Shown here one piece after another: positions 7,230 through 17,203 of a DNA stretch of 48,950 nucleotides. A program made the position numbers and the translations under genes. Source of the DNA: Candidatus Omnitrophota bacterium. Its GTDB lineage: Bacteria; Omnitrophota; Gorgyraeia; JAFGHF01. Every line of letters starts with the position of its first letter. Position 1 is the stretch's first letter. The DNA is taken from positions 387,196 through 436,145 of the forward strand of contig CP070837.1 in NCBI GenBank assembly GCA_020341815.1. Reading direction: 5' to 3'. Under the pieces are notes generated by a model, which searched no databases, was not told where the DNA came from, and saw nothing but the letters and a program-made list of their open reading frames with translations.

Positions 7230-9138
7230 GGGTAATGATTTTATGGTGGAGGCCTCAGGCGGCCATATAATGGATTTGCCCAGGAGAAAAATGGGCGTGG
7301 ATGTGGAGGGAGATTTCCAACCGCAATATGTAGTTATTCCTGCGCGTAAAAAAACAGTCAGCCAGATTAAGAAAGACGCCAAGGATAAGGAAAGCGTCTA
7401 TCTTGCCACCGACCCCGATAGAGAAGGCGAGGCCATTTGCTGGCACCTTAAGCAGTGCTTAAATACCGATGCCCATATCTACAGGGTGAGCTTTCGTGAG
7501 ATAACCGAAGGCGCGGTGAAAGAGGCTTTCGCTCATCCCGGCTCTATCGATATGCATAAGGTCCAGGCCCAGCAGGCCCGCAGGGTTTTGGATAGGCTGG
7601 TGGGATATAACTTAAGTCCCTTGCTCTGGAAAAAAATAAGCCGGGGGCTTTCTGCGGGCAGGGTGCAGTCAGTGGCGCTTAAGCTTATTGTGGAAAGAGA
7701 GCGGGAGATAGAGCGATTTAAGCCTGAAGAATACTGGGAAGTGGATGCAGAGCTTAAATCAAAAGGAGTGAAAAAAAGCTTTATTGCCAAGCTGGATAAA
7801 ATCGGGGAAGCCAAACCCGAGATAAAAAATAAAGAAGAGAGCGATAAGGTATTAGAGCGGCTGGGTAAGGAAAAATTCATAGTTAAGGATATCGAACAAA
7901 AGGAGAAAAAAAGAAATCCCCAAGCTCCCTATACAACCAGTAAGCTTCAGCAGGAAGCCTTCAATCGATTAAATTTTTCCGCAAACAGGACTATGCGCAT
8001 TGCCCAGCAGCTTTATGAAGGCCTGGATATAGGAGATGAAGGGAGCGTGGGTTTGATTACATATATGCGTACGGATTCGGTAACGATTTCTGAGGCTGCT
8101 CTGGCGGCCTGCCGGGATTATCTTGAGCGTAACTTCGGAGCGAAATACTTACCCCCAAAGCCGCTTAGATATAAGTCCCGTAAGAGCGCACAAGGCGCGC
8201 ACGAGGCCATCCGCCCGGCCTTACCCTTAAGAGAGCCGGATAAGATTAAACAATACTTAAGCACCGACCAATATAAGTTATATACCCTGATCTGGAATAA
8301 GTTTCTGTCCTCTCAAATGCGTCCGGCAGTTTATGCGGTGACTTCGGTATCTATAAGCGCAGGAGGCGAGTTTTTATTTAAAGCGGTGGGTTCAAGTGTA
8401 AAGTTTGCCGGATTTATGAAAGTTTTCGGGCCAATATCGGAGGAAAAGAAGCAAATCTTGCCTCCCCTGAAGAAAGGCGAGGAACTGACTTTGGTGAAGT
8501 TGGATACGCATCAGCATTTTACCCAAGCGCCCCCGAGATTTTCCGATGCCTCATTGGTAAAGACATTGGAAGAAAACGGCATTGGCCGGCCTTCAACGTA
8601 CGCCCCGATTATCCATACTATAATTTTACGGGATTATGTGCGTAGAAAGAAAAATTACTTTTTTCCCAGTGAACTGGGCTTTGTTGTCAGCGATATGCTC
8701 AGTGAACATTTTCCCCGGATTATGGATGTAGAGTTTACCGCTACTCTTGAAGAAGAGCTGGATGAAATCGAGGAGGGAAAACTCGACTGGGTTAAGGTGG
8801 TAAAATTATTTTATGAGCCTTTTACGCAAGAGCTTACTAGCGCCCAGCAGAAGATTAAAAAAGAGGTTATCTCGACCGATGAGGTTTGCGAGGTCTGCTC
8901 CCGTCCAATGGTAATGAAATGGGGAAGGCATGGACGTTTCTTAAGTTGCTCAGGGTTCCCCGAATGCAAGAATGCCCGCAGTATAACCACTAATATCAAG
9001 TGCCCCCAGGAGGGCTGCACAGGAATGCTCGTTGAACGGCATACAAGAAGAGGCAGAGACTTTTACGGCTGCTCGAATTATCCTAATTGTAAATACACAA
9101 CCAATAAGCTTCCCGAAAACACAGAAAATAATGGATAG
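7168..9138 (+). CDS. topA: DNA topoisomerase I
   Basis: 656 aa with Toprim N-terminus ALVIVESPAKAKTINKFLG and a type IA core. C-terminal zinc ribbons CEVC...CSGFPEC and CPQEGC...CSNYPNC. Confidence 0.95.
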   Translation: MAKALVIVESPAKAKTINKFLGNDFMVEASGGHIMDLPRRKMGVDVEGDFQPQYVVIPARKKTVSQIKKDAKDKESVYLATDPDREGEAICWHLKQCLNTDAHIYRVSFREITEGAVKEAFAHPGSIDMHKVQAQQARRVLDRLVGYNLSPLLWKKISRGLSAGRVQSVALKLIVEREREIERFKPEEYWEVDAELKSKGVKKSFIAKLDKIGEAKPEIKNKEESDKVLERLGKEKFIVKDIEQKEKKRNPQAPYTTSKLQQEAFNRLNFSANRTMRIAQQLYEGLDIGDEGSVGLITYMRTDSVTISEAALAACRDYLERNFGAKYLPPKPLRYKSRKSAQGAHEAIRPALPLREPDKIKQYLSTDQYKLYTLIWNKFLSSQMRPAVYAVTSVSISAGGEFLFKAVGSSVKFAGFMKVFGPISEEKKQILPPLKKGEELTLVKLDTHQHFTQAPPRFSDASLVKTLEENGIGRPSTYAPIIHTIILRDYVRRKKNYFFPSELGFVVSDMLSEHFPRIMDVEFTATLEEELDEIEEGKLDWVKVVKLFYEPFTQELTSAQQKIKKEVISTDEVCEVCSRPMVMKWGRHGRFLSCSGFPECKNARSITTNIKCPQEGCTGMLVERHTRRGRDFYGCSNYPNCKYTTNKLPENTENNG

Positions 9139-10000
9139 GCACATCAGGAAGTTCTTAACCTATCTGGAGATAGAAAGGAACGCCTCGCCCCATACGTTAC
9201 TTAATTATCATATAGACCTGAAGCAGATGCGCCAGTTTTTATCAGGGAAAGACCCGCAGGAGATAGATCGCTTAGATATCCGCAGATATCTGGCTTTCCT
9301 CAAAAGTAAAAACTTAAAAAAGCGCACTTTATCCAGGAAATTATCTACTTTTCGCTCTTTTTTCAGATTTTTAACCCGCGAGGGATACGCAAAGACAAGC
9401 CCTGTTTCGGCAATAGCTTCACCTAAGCTGGAAAAAACACTGCCTATATTTTTGGATGTGAATAAAGTTGCCAGACTCCTTGAGGCGCCAGAGGAGAAGC
9501 AGCTTCTGGGATTGCGTGACCGGGCAATACTGGAGACCTTATACAGCACAGGCATGCGCGCAAGTGAATTAATCGGCTTGAATATCGGCCGCGTTGATTT
9601 TATCGCAGGTATGGTTAAGGTTTACGGAAAAGGCAGGAAAGAACGCCTCGTTCCCATAGGGGACAAGGCCTTAAGGGCAATAAGGGAGTATCTCGAGAAA
9701 GACACTTTCCACAAGAAAGACACGCGAAGTTTATTTTTGAGTAAAAATAACCGCAGATTGACTGCGGCTGGTGTGCGAAAGATAATTAATAAATATATAC
9801 AGAGGACTTCCTTGAAAGAGAAAATTTCTACCCATACCCTTCGCCATTCCTTTGCCACGCATTTATTAGATAAAGGCGCAGATTTAAGAAGCGTTCAGGA
9901 ATTATTAGGCCATGCGAGTCTTTCTACTACGCAGATTTATACCCATATAACTACGGAACGGCTGAAAACCGTTTACAATAAGGCACATCCGCGCGCTTAA
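9131..10000 (+). CDS. xerC: Tyrosine site-specific recombinase, XerC/XerD family
   Basis: HTLRHSFATHLL and LGHASLSTTQIYTH catalytic motifs. Start set at ATG 9131 (MDRHIRKF), overlapping the topA stop by 8 nt. The 9032 extension lies inside topA. XerC versus XerD cannot be distinguished by eye. Confidence 0.85.
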   Translation: MDRHIRKFLTYLEIERNASPHTLLNYHIDLKQMRQFLSGKDPQEIDRLDIRRYLAFLKSKNLKKRTLSRKLSTFRSFFRFLTREGYAKTSPVSAIASPKLEKTLPIFLDVNKVARLLEAPEEKQLLGLRDRAILETLYSTGMRASELIGLNIGRVDFIAGMVKVYGKGRKERLVPIGDKALRAIREYLEKDTFHKKDTRSLFLSKNNRRLTAAGVRKIINKYIQRTSLKEKISTHTLRHSFATHLLDKGADLRSVQELLGHASLSTTQIYTHITTERLKTVYNKAHPRA

Positions 10001-10005
10001 AGAAT

Positions 10006-11283
10006 ATGCTAATCCTTTACGATATACTCTATATCTTTTTTGCCATATGTTATTTTCCGGTTTTTCTGATCAGGAGAAAATATCATCGTGGCTTTCTAAT
10101 GCGTCTGGGCATTTTTCCGCAGGGCATAATTGATAAGCTCAAAAGTAAAAAAATTATCTGGCTGCATGCAGTAAGCGTAGGAGAGGCTCAGGCCTCAGGC
10201 ACCCTGATAAAAAGTTTAAAAGAGATTTATCCGGATTGCTTTCTGGTTGTTTCCACCGTAACCAAGACCGGTAACAAGATTGCGCGCAATCTAACCGATA
10301 AGCAGGATTTAGTTATTTATTCTCCGCTGGACATAGGTTTTGTGACCAGGCGGGTAGTTAATTTGATAAGCCCCAAGATCTTTATTATTGCCGAGACCGA
10401 AATCTGGCCCAATCTCATAATCAGTCTGGCAGAAAAAGACGTGCCTCCGATTTTGGTGAACGGAAGAATTTCTTCCGCTTCTTTCCGAGGTTATAAAATT
10501 ATCCGTTCGTTCTTGAGAAAGGTTTTGGAGAGTTTTAGCCTTTTTTGCATGCAGACAGAAAAGGACGCGCGAAGAATTATTGCTCTCGGAGCCGATGAAA
10601 ATAAGGTAAAGGTCACAGGCAATATGAAATTTGATATTCTAAATGCGCAGAACCTAAATCATAACTTAGATTTAAGCTTATGTGAAAATGAGCAGCTCTT
10701 TATTGCCGGGAGCACTCATCGCGGCGAAGAAGAGATTATCCTGGAGGTATATAAAGAATTGAATAAGGATTATGCGGGTTTGAGATTACTAATTGCGCCC
10801 CGGCATATCGAGAGAACCCAGGAAATAGAAAGACTGATTGAAAAGTTTGGTTTTGAATCTCAAAAAGTATCACGGCTTACTTTCAATAGAGAAACTTCCG
10901 GGCGCAGGCAAGTATTAATTCTTGATACCATCGGCCAGCTAAAAGGATTATACGCCCTTGCGGAGCTTGTTTTTATCGGCGGAAGCCTCATACCTCATGG
11001 CGGACAGAATCCTATCGAGGCAGCCGTTTTTTACAAACCTATAATTTTTGGACCTTATATGTTTAATTTTTCCGCCGTTACCGAAACTCTGCTTAAGGCC
11101 CAAGCCGCGATAATGGTAAAAGATTCACGAGAATTAAAAGATGAATGCACCCGGATTTTAAATGATTCTGCACTCAGGAAAGAGTTAGGCCGAAGAGCCA
11201 AAGAGGCCGCCCAAGAAAACACAGGCGCAACCGCAAAAAATACAAATTTAATTAAAGAATTAATAAAAATGGGGGTGAATTAA
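10006..11283 (+). CDS. waaA: 3-deoxy-D-manno-octulosonic acid (Kdo) transferase
   Basis: 425 aa with an N-terminal TM segment, IWLHAVSVGEAQA motif and GT30-like C-terminal half. Confidence 0.9.
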   Translation: MLILYDILYIFFAICYFPVFLIRRKYHRGFLMRLGIFPQGIIDKLKSKKIIWLHAVSVGEAQASGTLIKSLKEIYPDCFLVVSTVTKTGNKIARNLTDKQDLVIYSPLDIGFVTRRVVNLISPKIFIIAETEIWPNLIISLAEKDVPPILVNGRISSASFRGYKIIRSFLRKVLESFSLFCMQTEKDARRIIALGADENKVKVTGNMKFDILNAQNLNHNLDLSLCENEQLFIAGSTHRGEEEIILEVYKELNKDYAGLRLLIAPRHIERTQEIERLIEKFGFESQKVSRLTFNRETSGRRQVLILDTIGQLKGLYALAELVFIGGSLIPHGGQNPIEAAVFYKPIIFGPYMFNFSAVTETLLKAQAAIMVKDSRELKDECTRILNDSALRKELGRRAKEAAQENTGATAKNTNLIKELIKMGVN

Positions 11284-11762
11284 TGAAGGTTAGAGATTGT
11301 ATGACCAAGGAAGTAATTACGGTAAAACGGTCAACTACCTTAAGCCAATTAATCGAAGCTTTTCAAGAATATAATTTCCATACCCTTCCGGTCATTGAGG
11401 CCGATAAACGCTTAGTAGGAATTGTTAATTTTGAAGATATCCTGAAAGTCTTTCAGCCTTACAGCACGGAGTTATCTACCATGCTGGAGACCGTGCCTTT
11501 TCTGGAGATGGAGGGCAAGGAAGAAGATTTTCAGGATGCCGATATCTCCGAAGAAATGGGAATCCTGGTGGTTGTGGACGATATAATGGATACCCATTTT
11601 GCAACACTTGATCCCGAAATAGATATCAACAAGGCCCGCAGTCAGATGAAGTTACATAATGCCGCGCGTCTTCCGGTTGTTGAAGGGGGAAAATTAGTGG
11701 GAGTGATTAGTCTGTTTGATATTATTTTGACAGTCTTTCGAGAAAGAGGAGTTATTAAATGA
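11283..11762 (+). CDS. CBS-domain pair protein
   Basis: 159 aa with two CBS-like repeats (VITV...LPV..., ARLPVVEGGKLVGVIS). Confidence 0.7.
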   Translation: MKVRDCMTKEVITVKRSTTLSQLIEAFQEYNFHTLPVIEADKRLVGIVNFEDILKVFQPYSTELSTMLETVPFLEMEGKEEDFQDADISEEMGILVVVDDIMDTHFATLDPEIDINKARSQMKLHNAARLPVVEGGKLVGVISLFDIILTVFRERGVIK

Positions 11763-12925
11763 CTATTTTGAGTTTAGGCTTTATTCTTTTAGCCGGCCTT
11801 TTAGCGGGCAAGCTTATCCGTCAGCTTAAGATACCTGTAGTTACCGCTTATCTTCTCTTAGGCGTTATCATTGGCCCCTCGGCCTTAAATCTGGTCAGTA
11901 CAGGCCTTTTATCTTCCTCCGGTCTTATTTCAAATATAGTTTTAGGGCTGATTGCCTTTAGTATCGGACAGAATTTTGCCTTGGAAAGATTTAGTAAAAT
12001 CGGCAAGCCTGTTTTATGGATTTCTTCTCTTGAGGCGACGAGTGCCTGGTTATTAGTTACCCTGACTTTCTGGCTCCTGTTAAAACAGCCGTTTTATATT
12101 GCTTTACTTTTTGGAGCTATGTCTTCGGCTACGGCCCCGGCAGCCACAATGATGGTAATCAGAGAATATAAAGCCAAAGGTTCTTTTACCGATACCCTCT
12201 TGGGGGTAGTGGCAATTGACGATGCCTGGTGTTTAATTATTTTTGCCTTTTCTTTTGCTATTGCTAAAGCTATGTCCATACATATGACCTCTAATGCCTT
12301 TGTCTTTAAGGCAATGCTTAATTCTGCATTAGAGATTGGAGGGGCTTTTATCCTGGGAGGGGTCTTAGCTCTTATTTTATCTTATTTATCACGCTTTATA
12401 ACCACACCTTCGGATTTACTTATCTATACCTTAGGATTTATTTTTCTTAACACGGGACTTGCGCTTTATTTTAATTTTTCTGTATTGTTAGCCAATATGT
12501 TTATGGCCGCAATTTTAGTTAATGTACACAAGGTAAGCTTTAAATTCTTTGAATCCTTAAGAAGCATAGATTCACCTCTTTATCTTTTGTTTTTTGTACT
12601 GGCGGGGGCAAATCTGGAAATAGGCCTGCTTAAGGGCTTGGGTTTACTGGGAGTAGCATATGTTGTCTTCCGTTCTATGGGAAAGATAGGCGGGGCATAT
12701 TTGGGTGGTACGATTGCCCAGGTCCCTCTAAGGATAAGGAAATATCTGGGCTGGGCGTTGTTGCCGCAGGCAGGTGTGGCCTTAGGCGTAGCCTTAGTTG
12801 CCAAGGCAAAATTTCCCCAGATAGGCGGCATGATTTTTACTACCATAGTTACTACCACGGTAATCTATGAGATTATCGGACCGTTGGTTACTAAAATCAC
12901 CTTGAGAAACGCTGGAGAAATATAA
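11759..12925 (+). CDS. Cation:proton antiporter (Na+/H+ exchanger, CPA family)
   Basis: 388 aa with about 11-12 TM segments. N-terminus LAGKLIRQLKIPVVTAYLLLGVIIGP is typical of CPA2-type exchangers. 4-nt overlap with the CBS gene. Confidence 0.75.
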   Translation: MTILSLGFILLAGLLAGKLIRQLKIPVVTAYLLLGVIIGPSALNLVSTGLLSSSGLISNIVLGLIAFSIGQNFALERFSKIGKPVLWISSLEATSAWLLVTLTFWLLLKQPFYIALLFGAMSSATAPAATMMVIREYKAKGSFTDTLLGVVAIDDAWCLIIFAFSFAIAKAMSIHMTSNAFVFKAMLNSALEIGGAFILGGVLALILSYLSRFITTPSDLLIYTLGFIFLNTGLALYFNFSVLLANMFMAAILVNVHKVSFKFFESLRSIDSPLYLLFFVLAGANLEIGLLKGLGLLGVAYVVFRSMGKIGGAYLGGTIAQVPLRIRKYLGWALLPQAGVALGVALVAKAKFPQIGGMIFTTIVTTTVIYEIIGPLVTKITLRNAGEI

Positions 12926-12926
12926 C

Positions 12927-15062
12927 TTGTTAAAGAGCCTTAAAAAGTATTATATAGATTTGGCAAAGGGCAGGAGGAAAGGCGTACTTTTTGTGCCCTT
13001 TGAGCCTTTGCTGATTCTCCCTTCCTTTATATATGGGCTTGTTGTAAGGCTGATATTGCTCTGCTATGAAATAGGCCTGTTTAAATCTTATAAAGCTGAT
13101 TGCAGGGTTATCAGTGTAGGCAACATTACCTGGGGCGGCACAGGCAAGACGCCCCTGGTAGAGGCGCTGGCGAGATTCCTTAAAAAGGAAGGAAAGTCCC
13201 CGGCGGTTCTAATCCGGGGATACGGCCGGGATGAGGCCTATATGCTTAGAGATAAACTCAAAGGTATTCCTGTTTTGGCCGGAAGAGACAGAATAAAAAG
13301 TGCGCGGGAAGCCTGCATGGGCTATGGGGCGGATATACTGATTTTAGATGACGGCTTTCAACATTGGCGCTTAAGGAGAAATCTGGATATTGTCTTGGTT
13401 GACGCGAGCTCTCCTTTTGGTAACGGAGGCCTTATTCCCCGCGGCATCTTGAGAGAATCGCTTTCTTCTTTGGCGCGGGCGGATGTATTTGTTCTGAGCA
13501 GGGCAGATGCAAATCCTCAAAAAATAGAGGCAATTAAAAAAGAATTGCGCAGATATAACCCCCGGGCGCCGATTTATCAGGCAGTTTATACACCGAGCTT
13601 TTTGCGTCGCCTAAATCCTGCTACAGAGCGTTATGGGCTTTCTAAAATAAAAAATGAGAAAGTTGCCCTTGTCTCAGGTATCGCCGACCCCCAATACTTT
13701 TCCAGGATTGTGGATTCATTAGGCGCTGAGATTGCTTTAGAGTTTTGCTTTCCCGATCATTATCAATATAATATCAAGGACTTGCAGAATATCCAGAGAC
13801 AATGCCTGGAAAAAAGTATTAAATATATCATTACCACAGAAAAGGATGCTGCGCGCATGAGGGGGTTATTGAATAGAGAAAAGCTGAATGTGGAGCTCCT
13901 GGCGCTTTGCATTGAGATTAAGATAATCGATAACGAGGAAGGATTTCTTGATTTTATAAGAACCGGCAAAGATGGTAAAGTGCCTTACTCTATTTTAGTC
14001 TTAAGCGATGGCAAGGCCGGACACTTAAATCAATCAAAGGCCCTGGTGCGGATAATCCAGAAAATAAAAAAAGATGCAGGCGTAACTAACGGACATCTCA
14101 GCAGCAGAATAGTAGAGGTTAAATTTAGGAACGGGCTCTGGCGTATCCTGCTTGGGCTCGGCTCTATTTTTCCCAGCGGCATATGCCTTTGGTTATTGCG
14201 CTTTTGTTTGAAGAAGGATTCGTTCTGTGAATTGATGCAGTCGCCGGCTGATATAATTATTTCTGCCGGTTCATCTTTATCTTCGGTCAATCTCCCGCTT
14301 ACTTATAAGAATAAGGCCCGAAATATTGTATTGATGAAGCCTGCGCTTGCGAACTTGGACAGGTTTGACCTTGCAGTTATCCCTGAGCATGACCACATAA
14401 GGCCGAGAAATAATGTTTTATTAACCAGAATAGCGCCTAATTTGATTGACCAGGAATATTTGGAGAAACAGGCGAATACTTTAGATGCGAAATGCGCAAT
14501 ACGAAATGCAGAATGTGAAAATAAAGCTCCGAGGATAGGCCTGCTCATTGGGGGGGATACTTCAAAATACAGAATAGGCGCTAAGCTCATAAATAAGATT
14601 ATTGAGCAACTTAAAAGCTTAAGCCATAATTTTAGTTGCCAGATTTTAGCAACTACTTCCCGGCGCACGCCTAAAATAGCAGAAGAATTATTAAAAAATA
14701 AACTTGCAGGTTTTCCGGGATGTAAATTGCTGATTATTGCCAATGAAAAGAATATCCCTGAGGCTGTGGGAGGGATATTGGCATTAAGCGATATTGTTAT
14801 TGTTTCCGGAGAAAGCATCTCTATGGTCTCAGAGGCGGTGAGCGCCCAGAAGTATGTGCTGGTATTTGAGATGGAAAAGAAGGTCCGAACTTCCACCCGA
14901 CAGGAAAGATTTCTAAAAGCCTTAGAGCAGGAAGGGGTATTAAAGGTAATTGCCGCAGATAATCTGGCTGTAGAGATAGAGCGCTTATGGAATGAGAAGC
15001 CTCACAGGAGAAAGATAAAAGATAATGAACGGATTTATCAGGCCTTAGGTGAATTAATATGA
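12927..15062 (+). CDS. lpxK: Fusion: tetraacyldisaccharide 4'-kinase (LpxK, aa 1-~345) plus ELM1/DUF1022-like putative GT-B domain (aa ~350-711)
   Basis: TTG start. P-loop GNITWGGTGKTP and DDGFQH are typical of LpxK. The C-terminal half begins ILVLSDGKAGHLNQSKAL, resembling the SDGKAG..NQ signature of the ELM1 (mitochondrial fission) family. It is one uninterrupted 711-codon frame. Confidence 0.85.
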   Translation: MLKSLKKYYIDLAKGRRKGVLFVPFEPLLILPSFIYGLVVRLILLCYEIGLFKSYKADCRVISVGNITWGGTGKTPLVEALARFLKKEGKSPAVLIRGYGRDEAYMLRDKLKGIPVLAGRDRIKSAREACMGYGADILILDDGFQHWRLRRNLDIVLVDASSPFGNGGLIPRGILRESLSSLARADVFVLSRADANPQKIEAIKKELRRYNPRAPIYQAVYTPSFLRRLNPATERYGLSKIKNEKVALVSGIADPQYFSRIVDSLGAEIALEFCFPDHYQYNIKDLQNIQRQCLEKSIKYIITTEKDAARMRGLLNREKLNVELLALCIEIKIIDNEEGFLDFIRTGKDGKVPYSILVLSDGKAGHLNQSKALVRIIQKIKKDAGVTNGHLSSRIVEVKFRNGLWRILLGLGSIFPSGICLWLLRFCLKKDSFCELMQSPADIIISAGSSLSSVNLPLTYKNKARNIVLMKPALANLDRFDLAVIPEHDHIRPRNNVLLTRIAPNLIDQEYLEKQANTLDAKCAIRNAECENKAPRIGLLIGGDTSKYRIGAKLINKIIEQLKSLSHNFSCQILATTSRRTPKIAEELLKNKLAGFPGCKLLIIANEKNIPEAVGGILALSDIVIVSGESISMVSEAVSAQKYVLVFEMEKKVRTSTRQERFLKALEQEGVLKVIAADNLAVEIERLWNEKPHRRKIKDNERIYQALGELI

Positions 15063-17203
15063 AGGTTCTGCAGATTTTACCTGAATTAAATATGGGTGGC
15101 GTAGAGCGCGGATGCATAGATTTGGCCCGCGAGCTCATTAAGCGCAATCACCAGGCCCTTGTTGTCTCTGGCGGCGGGCGTCTTCTGGAGGCTCTTGAGG
15201 CTACGGGTGCCCGGCATATAAAGCTTGCGGTACATAAAAAATCCCCATTCTCTATTTTAGCCAGTATCCCCAGGCTAATAAAAATTCTCCGCGAAGAAAG
15301 GGTTGATATAGTGCATGCCCGCTCAAGAGTGCCGGCTATAATAGCCTTTTTTGCCTGCCGATGCGTATCCACGGCTACTTTTGTAACCACCTGCCACGGC
15401 CATTATAATAAGGGTCTTGCCAGCCGCGTTATGGGCTGGGGGAAGGTTGTCATAGCCCCCAGCAGTGCAATTGCTCATCATATGATTGAATCCTTTGGCG
15501 TGCCCCCTGAACGCATCAAATTGATACCCCGCGGAGTGGATTTAAAAGAGTTTAGGTTTCTTAGGAGAAAATCCGCCCCGCCGATAGGCAAACATAAGCC
15601 GGAAACTTTTACCATAGGAGTTATAGGAAGACTTACACCCATCAAAGGACATAAATATTTTTTACAGGCCCTGGCTAAGGTTATTCGCCTGATGCCTGAA
15701 GCACGGGCAATGATAGTGGGGGAGGCTTCCTCCGGCAAGGAAAGATATATAGAAGAACTTAAAATGCTTACAAGAAGACTGAGCCTGGATAGATATGTTG
15801 AGTTTGCCGCAGCTAAGAATGTTTCAGATATTTTATCTCGCCTCGATATTCTGGTTTTGCCTACGATAACGCAGGAGGCATTCGGCCGCGTGCTTATCGA
15901 GGCTGGGGCCAGCGGCGTTGCGGTGATAGCAACGAGAGTCGGCGGGGTGGTAGATATAATCGAAGACGGGAAAAATGGAATCTTGGTTGAACCCCGGGAT
16001 GCCAATGGTTTGGCCTTAAGCATTATTAGGTTGCTTAAGGATAGCCAGTTACGCCATAGCTTTGAGACTGCGGCCAGAAAAAATGTGGAAGATAACTTTT
16101 CGCTTGAGCAGATGGCGGAGAAGACAATTCGCGTATATGAAGAGCTTCAGAAAACTTTAAAGATTCTGGTAATAAAATTAAGCGCACTGGGGGACATAGT
16201 TTTATCTATTCCTGCTTTTGCGGCCCTGCGAAAGGATTTTCCTCAGGCGCATATAACGGCTTTGGTGGCCACTCCTTTTAAGCCAATTTTGCAAAATTGC
16301 CCTTATATTAATGAAATTATCGAATTTCCTTTAGAAAATAAAAGCTATAAAAAAATTTGGAAGTTCTCCCGTCTATTGAGAAAATTGAATTTCGATGTAG
16401 TTATAGATTTACAGAACAATCGCAAAAGCCATATCCTGGCATATTTGAGCGCTTGCAACAGAAGATATGGCTATGATAACGGCAAGCTCGGCTTCCTCTT
16501 AAATAAAAAAATAAAGGAGATAGACATGCCCCTGTCTCCGATAAAACATCAGGCACGCACCCTCCATTTACTGGGGGTAGAAACTGTAAAAGAACAGTTA
16601 GAGTTGTGGCCGGAAGAAGCGGATGAGACCTGGGCTGAGGAATTTCTTAAACAACATAGAAAAAACAGCTCTCTTCCTTTAATCGGCATAAATATAGGCG
16701 CCTCCGTCAATTGGGCTTCCAAGCGATGGGGTATTGATAAGCTAAAGCTCCTTTTAGATAAATTATCAGAAGAGGGGATAGAGGTGTTGGTTACAGGCCA
16801 GGGGCAGGATAAGGGGTTCTCAAGGCATTTAAGAGATCTTTGCAAGAATGATTTTATTGATGCAGTAGGTGAGACTTCGATTATGCAATTGGCCTGTTTA
16901 ATCAAGCGCTGTAATGTTTATATTACCAGTGATAGCGCTCCCTTGCATATAGCCTATGCCGCCGGCACCCCTGTGATTGCTTTATTCGGGCCTACCGAGC
17001 CCAGGCGTCACGCCCTTCTTGGGCCCAGACAGGTAATTATTAAGAAAAAAATAGATTGCGCCCCCTGTTATAAGAGAAACTGCCGCAAGCATAATTGTAT
17101 GGAAGAAATCAGGACAGAAGAGGTACTCTCAGCGGTTAAGCGTCTCCTGGGGGTGAATGAAGGCAAACCCTATGAAGATACTGTTACTGACAACGCATCT
17201 TAA
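15059..17203 (+). CDS. Fusion: GT4 glycosyltransferase (aa 1-~365) plus GT9 heptosyltransferase-like domain (aa ~366-714)
   Basis: The N-terminal half resembles GT4 (LPTITQEAFGRVLIEAGASGVAVIAT) and is paralogous to the next gene. The C-terminal half starts LKILVIKLSALGDIVLSIPA and ends with the SDSAPLHIA...FGPT...C-x2-C motifs shared with the three GT9 genes downstream. Confidence 0.8.
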   Translation: MKVLQILPELNMGGVERGCIDLARELIKRNHQALVVSGGGRLLEALEATGARHIKLAVHKKSPFSILASIPRLIKILREERVDIVHARSRVPAIIAFFACRCVSTATFVTTCHGHYNKGLASRVMGWGKVVIAPSSAIAHHMIESFGVPPERIKLIPRGVDLKEFRFLRRKSAPPIGKHKPETFTIGVIGRLTPIKGHKYFLQALAKVIRLMPEARAMIVGEASSGKERYIEELKMLTRRLSLDRYVEFAAAKNVSDILSRLDILVLPTITQEAFGRVLIEAGASGVAVIATRVGGVVDIIEDGKNGILVEPRDANGLALSIIRLLKDSQLRHSFETAARKNVEDNFSLEQMAEKTIRVYEELQKTLKILVIKLSALGDIVLSIPAFAALRKDFPQAHITALVATPFKPILQNCPYINEIIEFPLENKSYKKIWKFSRLLRKLNFDVVIDLQNNRKSHILAYLSACNRRYGYDNGKLGFLLNKKIKEIDMPLSPIKHQARTLHLLGVETVKEQLELWPEEADETWAEEFLKQHRKNSSLPLIGINIGASVNWASKRWGIDKLKLLLDKLSEEGIEVLVTGQGQDKGFSRHLRDLCKNDFIDAVGETSIMQLACLIKRCNVYITSDSAPLHIAYAAGTPVIALFGPTEPRRHALLGPRQVIIKKKIDCAPCYKRNCRKHNCMEEIRTEEVLSAVKRLLGVNEGKPYEDTVTDNAS

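Noticed and set aside
9032-9130. N-terminal extensions offered by the ORF track: xer from 9032, GT4 from 17157, GT9 from 20039, lptB from 27133, clpP from GTG 28967, purA from 33642 and ispG from 41798.
   Set aside because: The extensions overlap the preceding gene or run through a repeat array, and they add residues absent from the family N-termini. Internal ATGs at 9131, 17172, 20072, 27184, 28994, 33717 and 41843 align with canonical N-termini, and several have an SD-like purine run upstream.
14303-14896. Long minus-strand ORFs in the track. Examples are 14303..14896 (197 aa), 15478..16023 (181 aa), 34338..34874 (178 aa), 22417..22923, 44933..45439, 47604..48107, 25374..25871, 46506..46982 and 29225..29677.
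   Set aside because: Each lies entirely antisense to a + strand gene with strong family motifs. Their products are low-complexity (Ser/Pro/Arg/Ile-rich) with no recognisable motifs and no RBS context. They are typical shadow ORFs.
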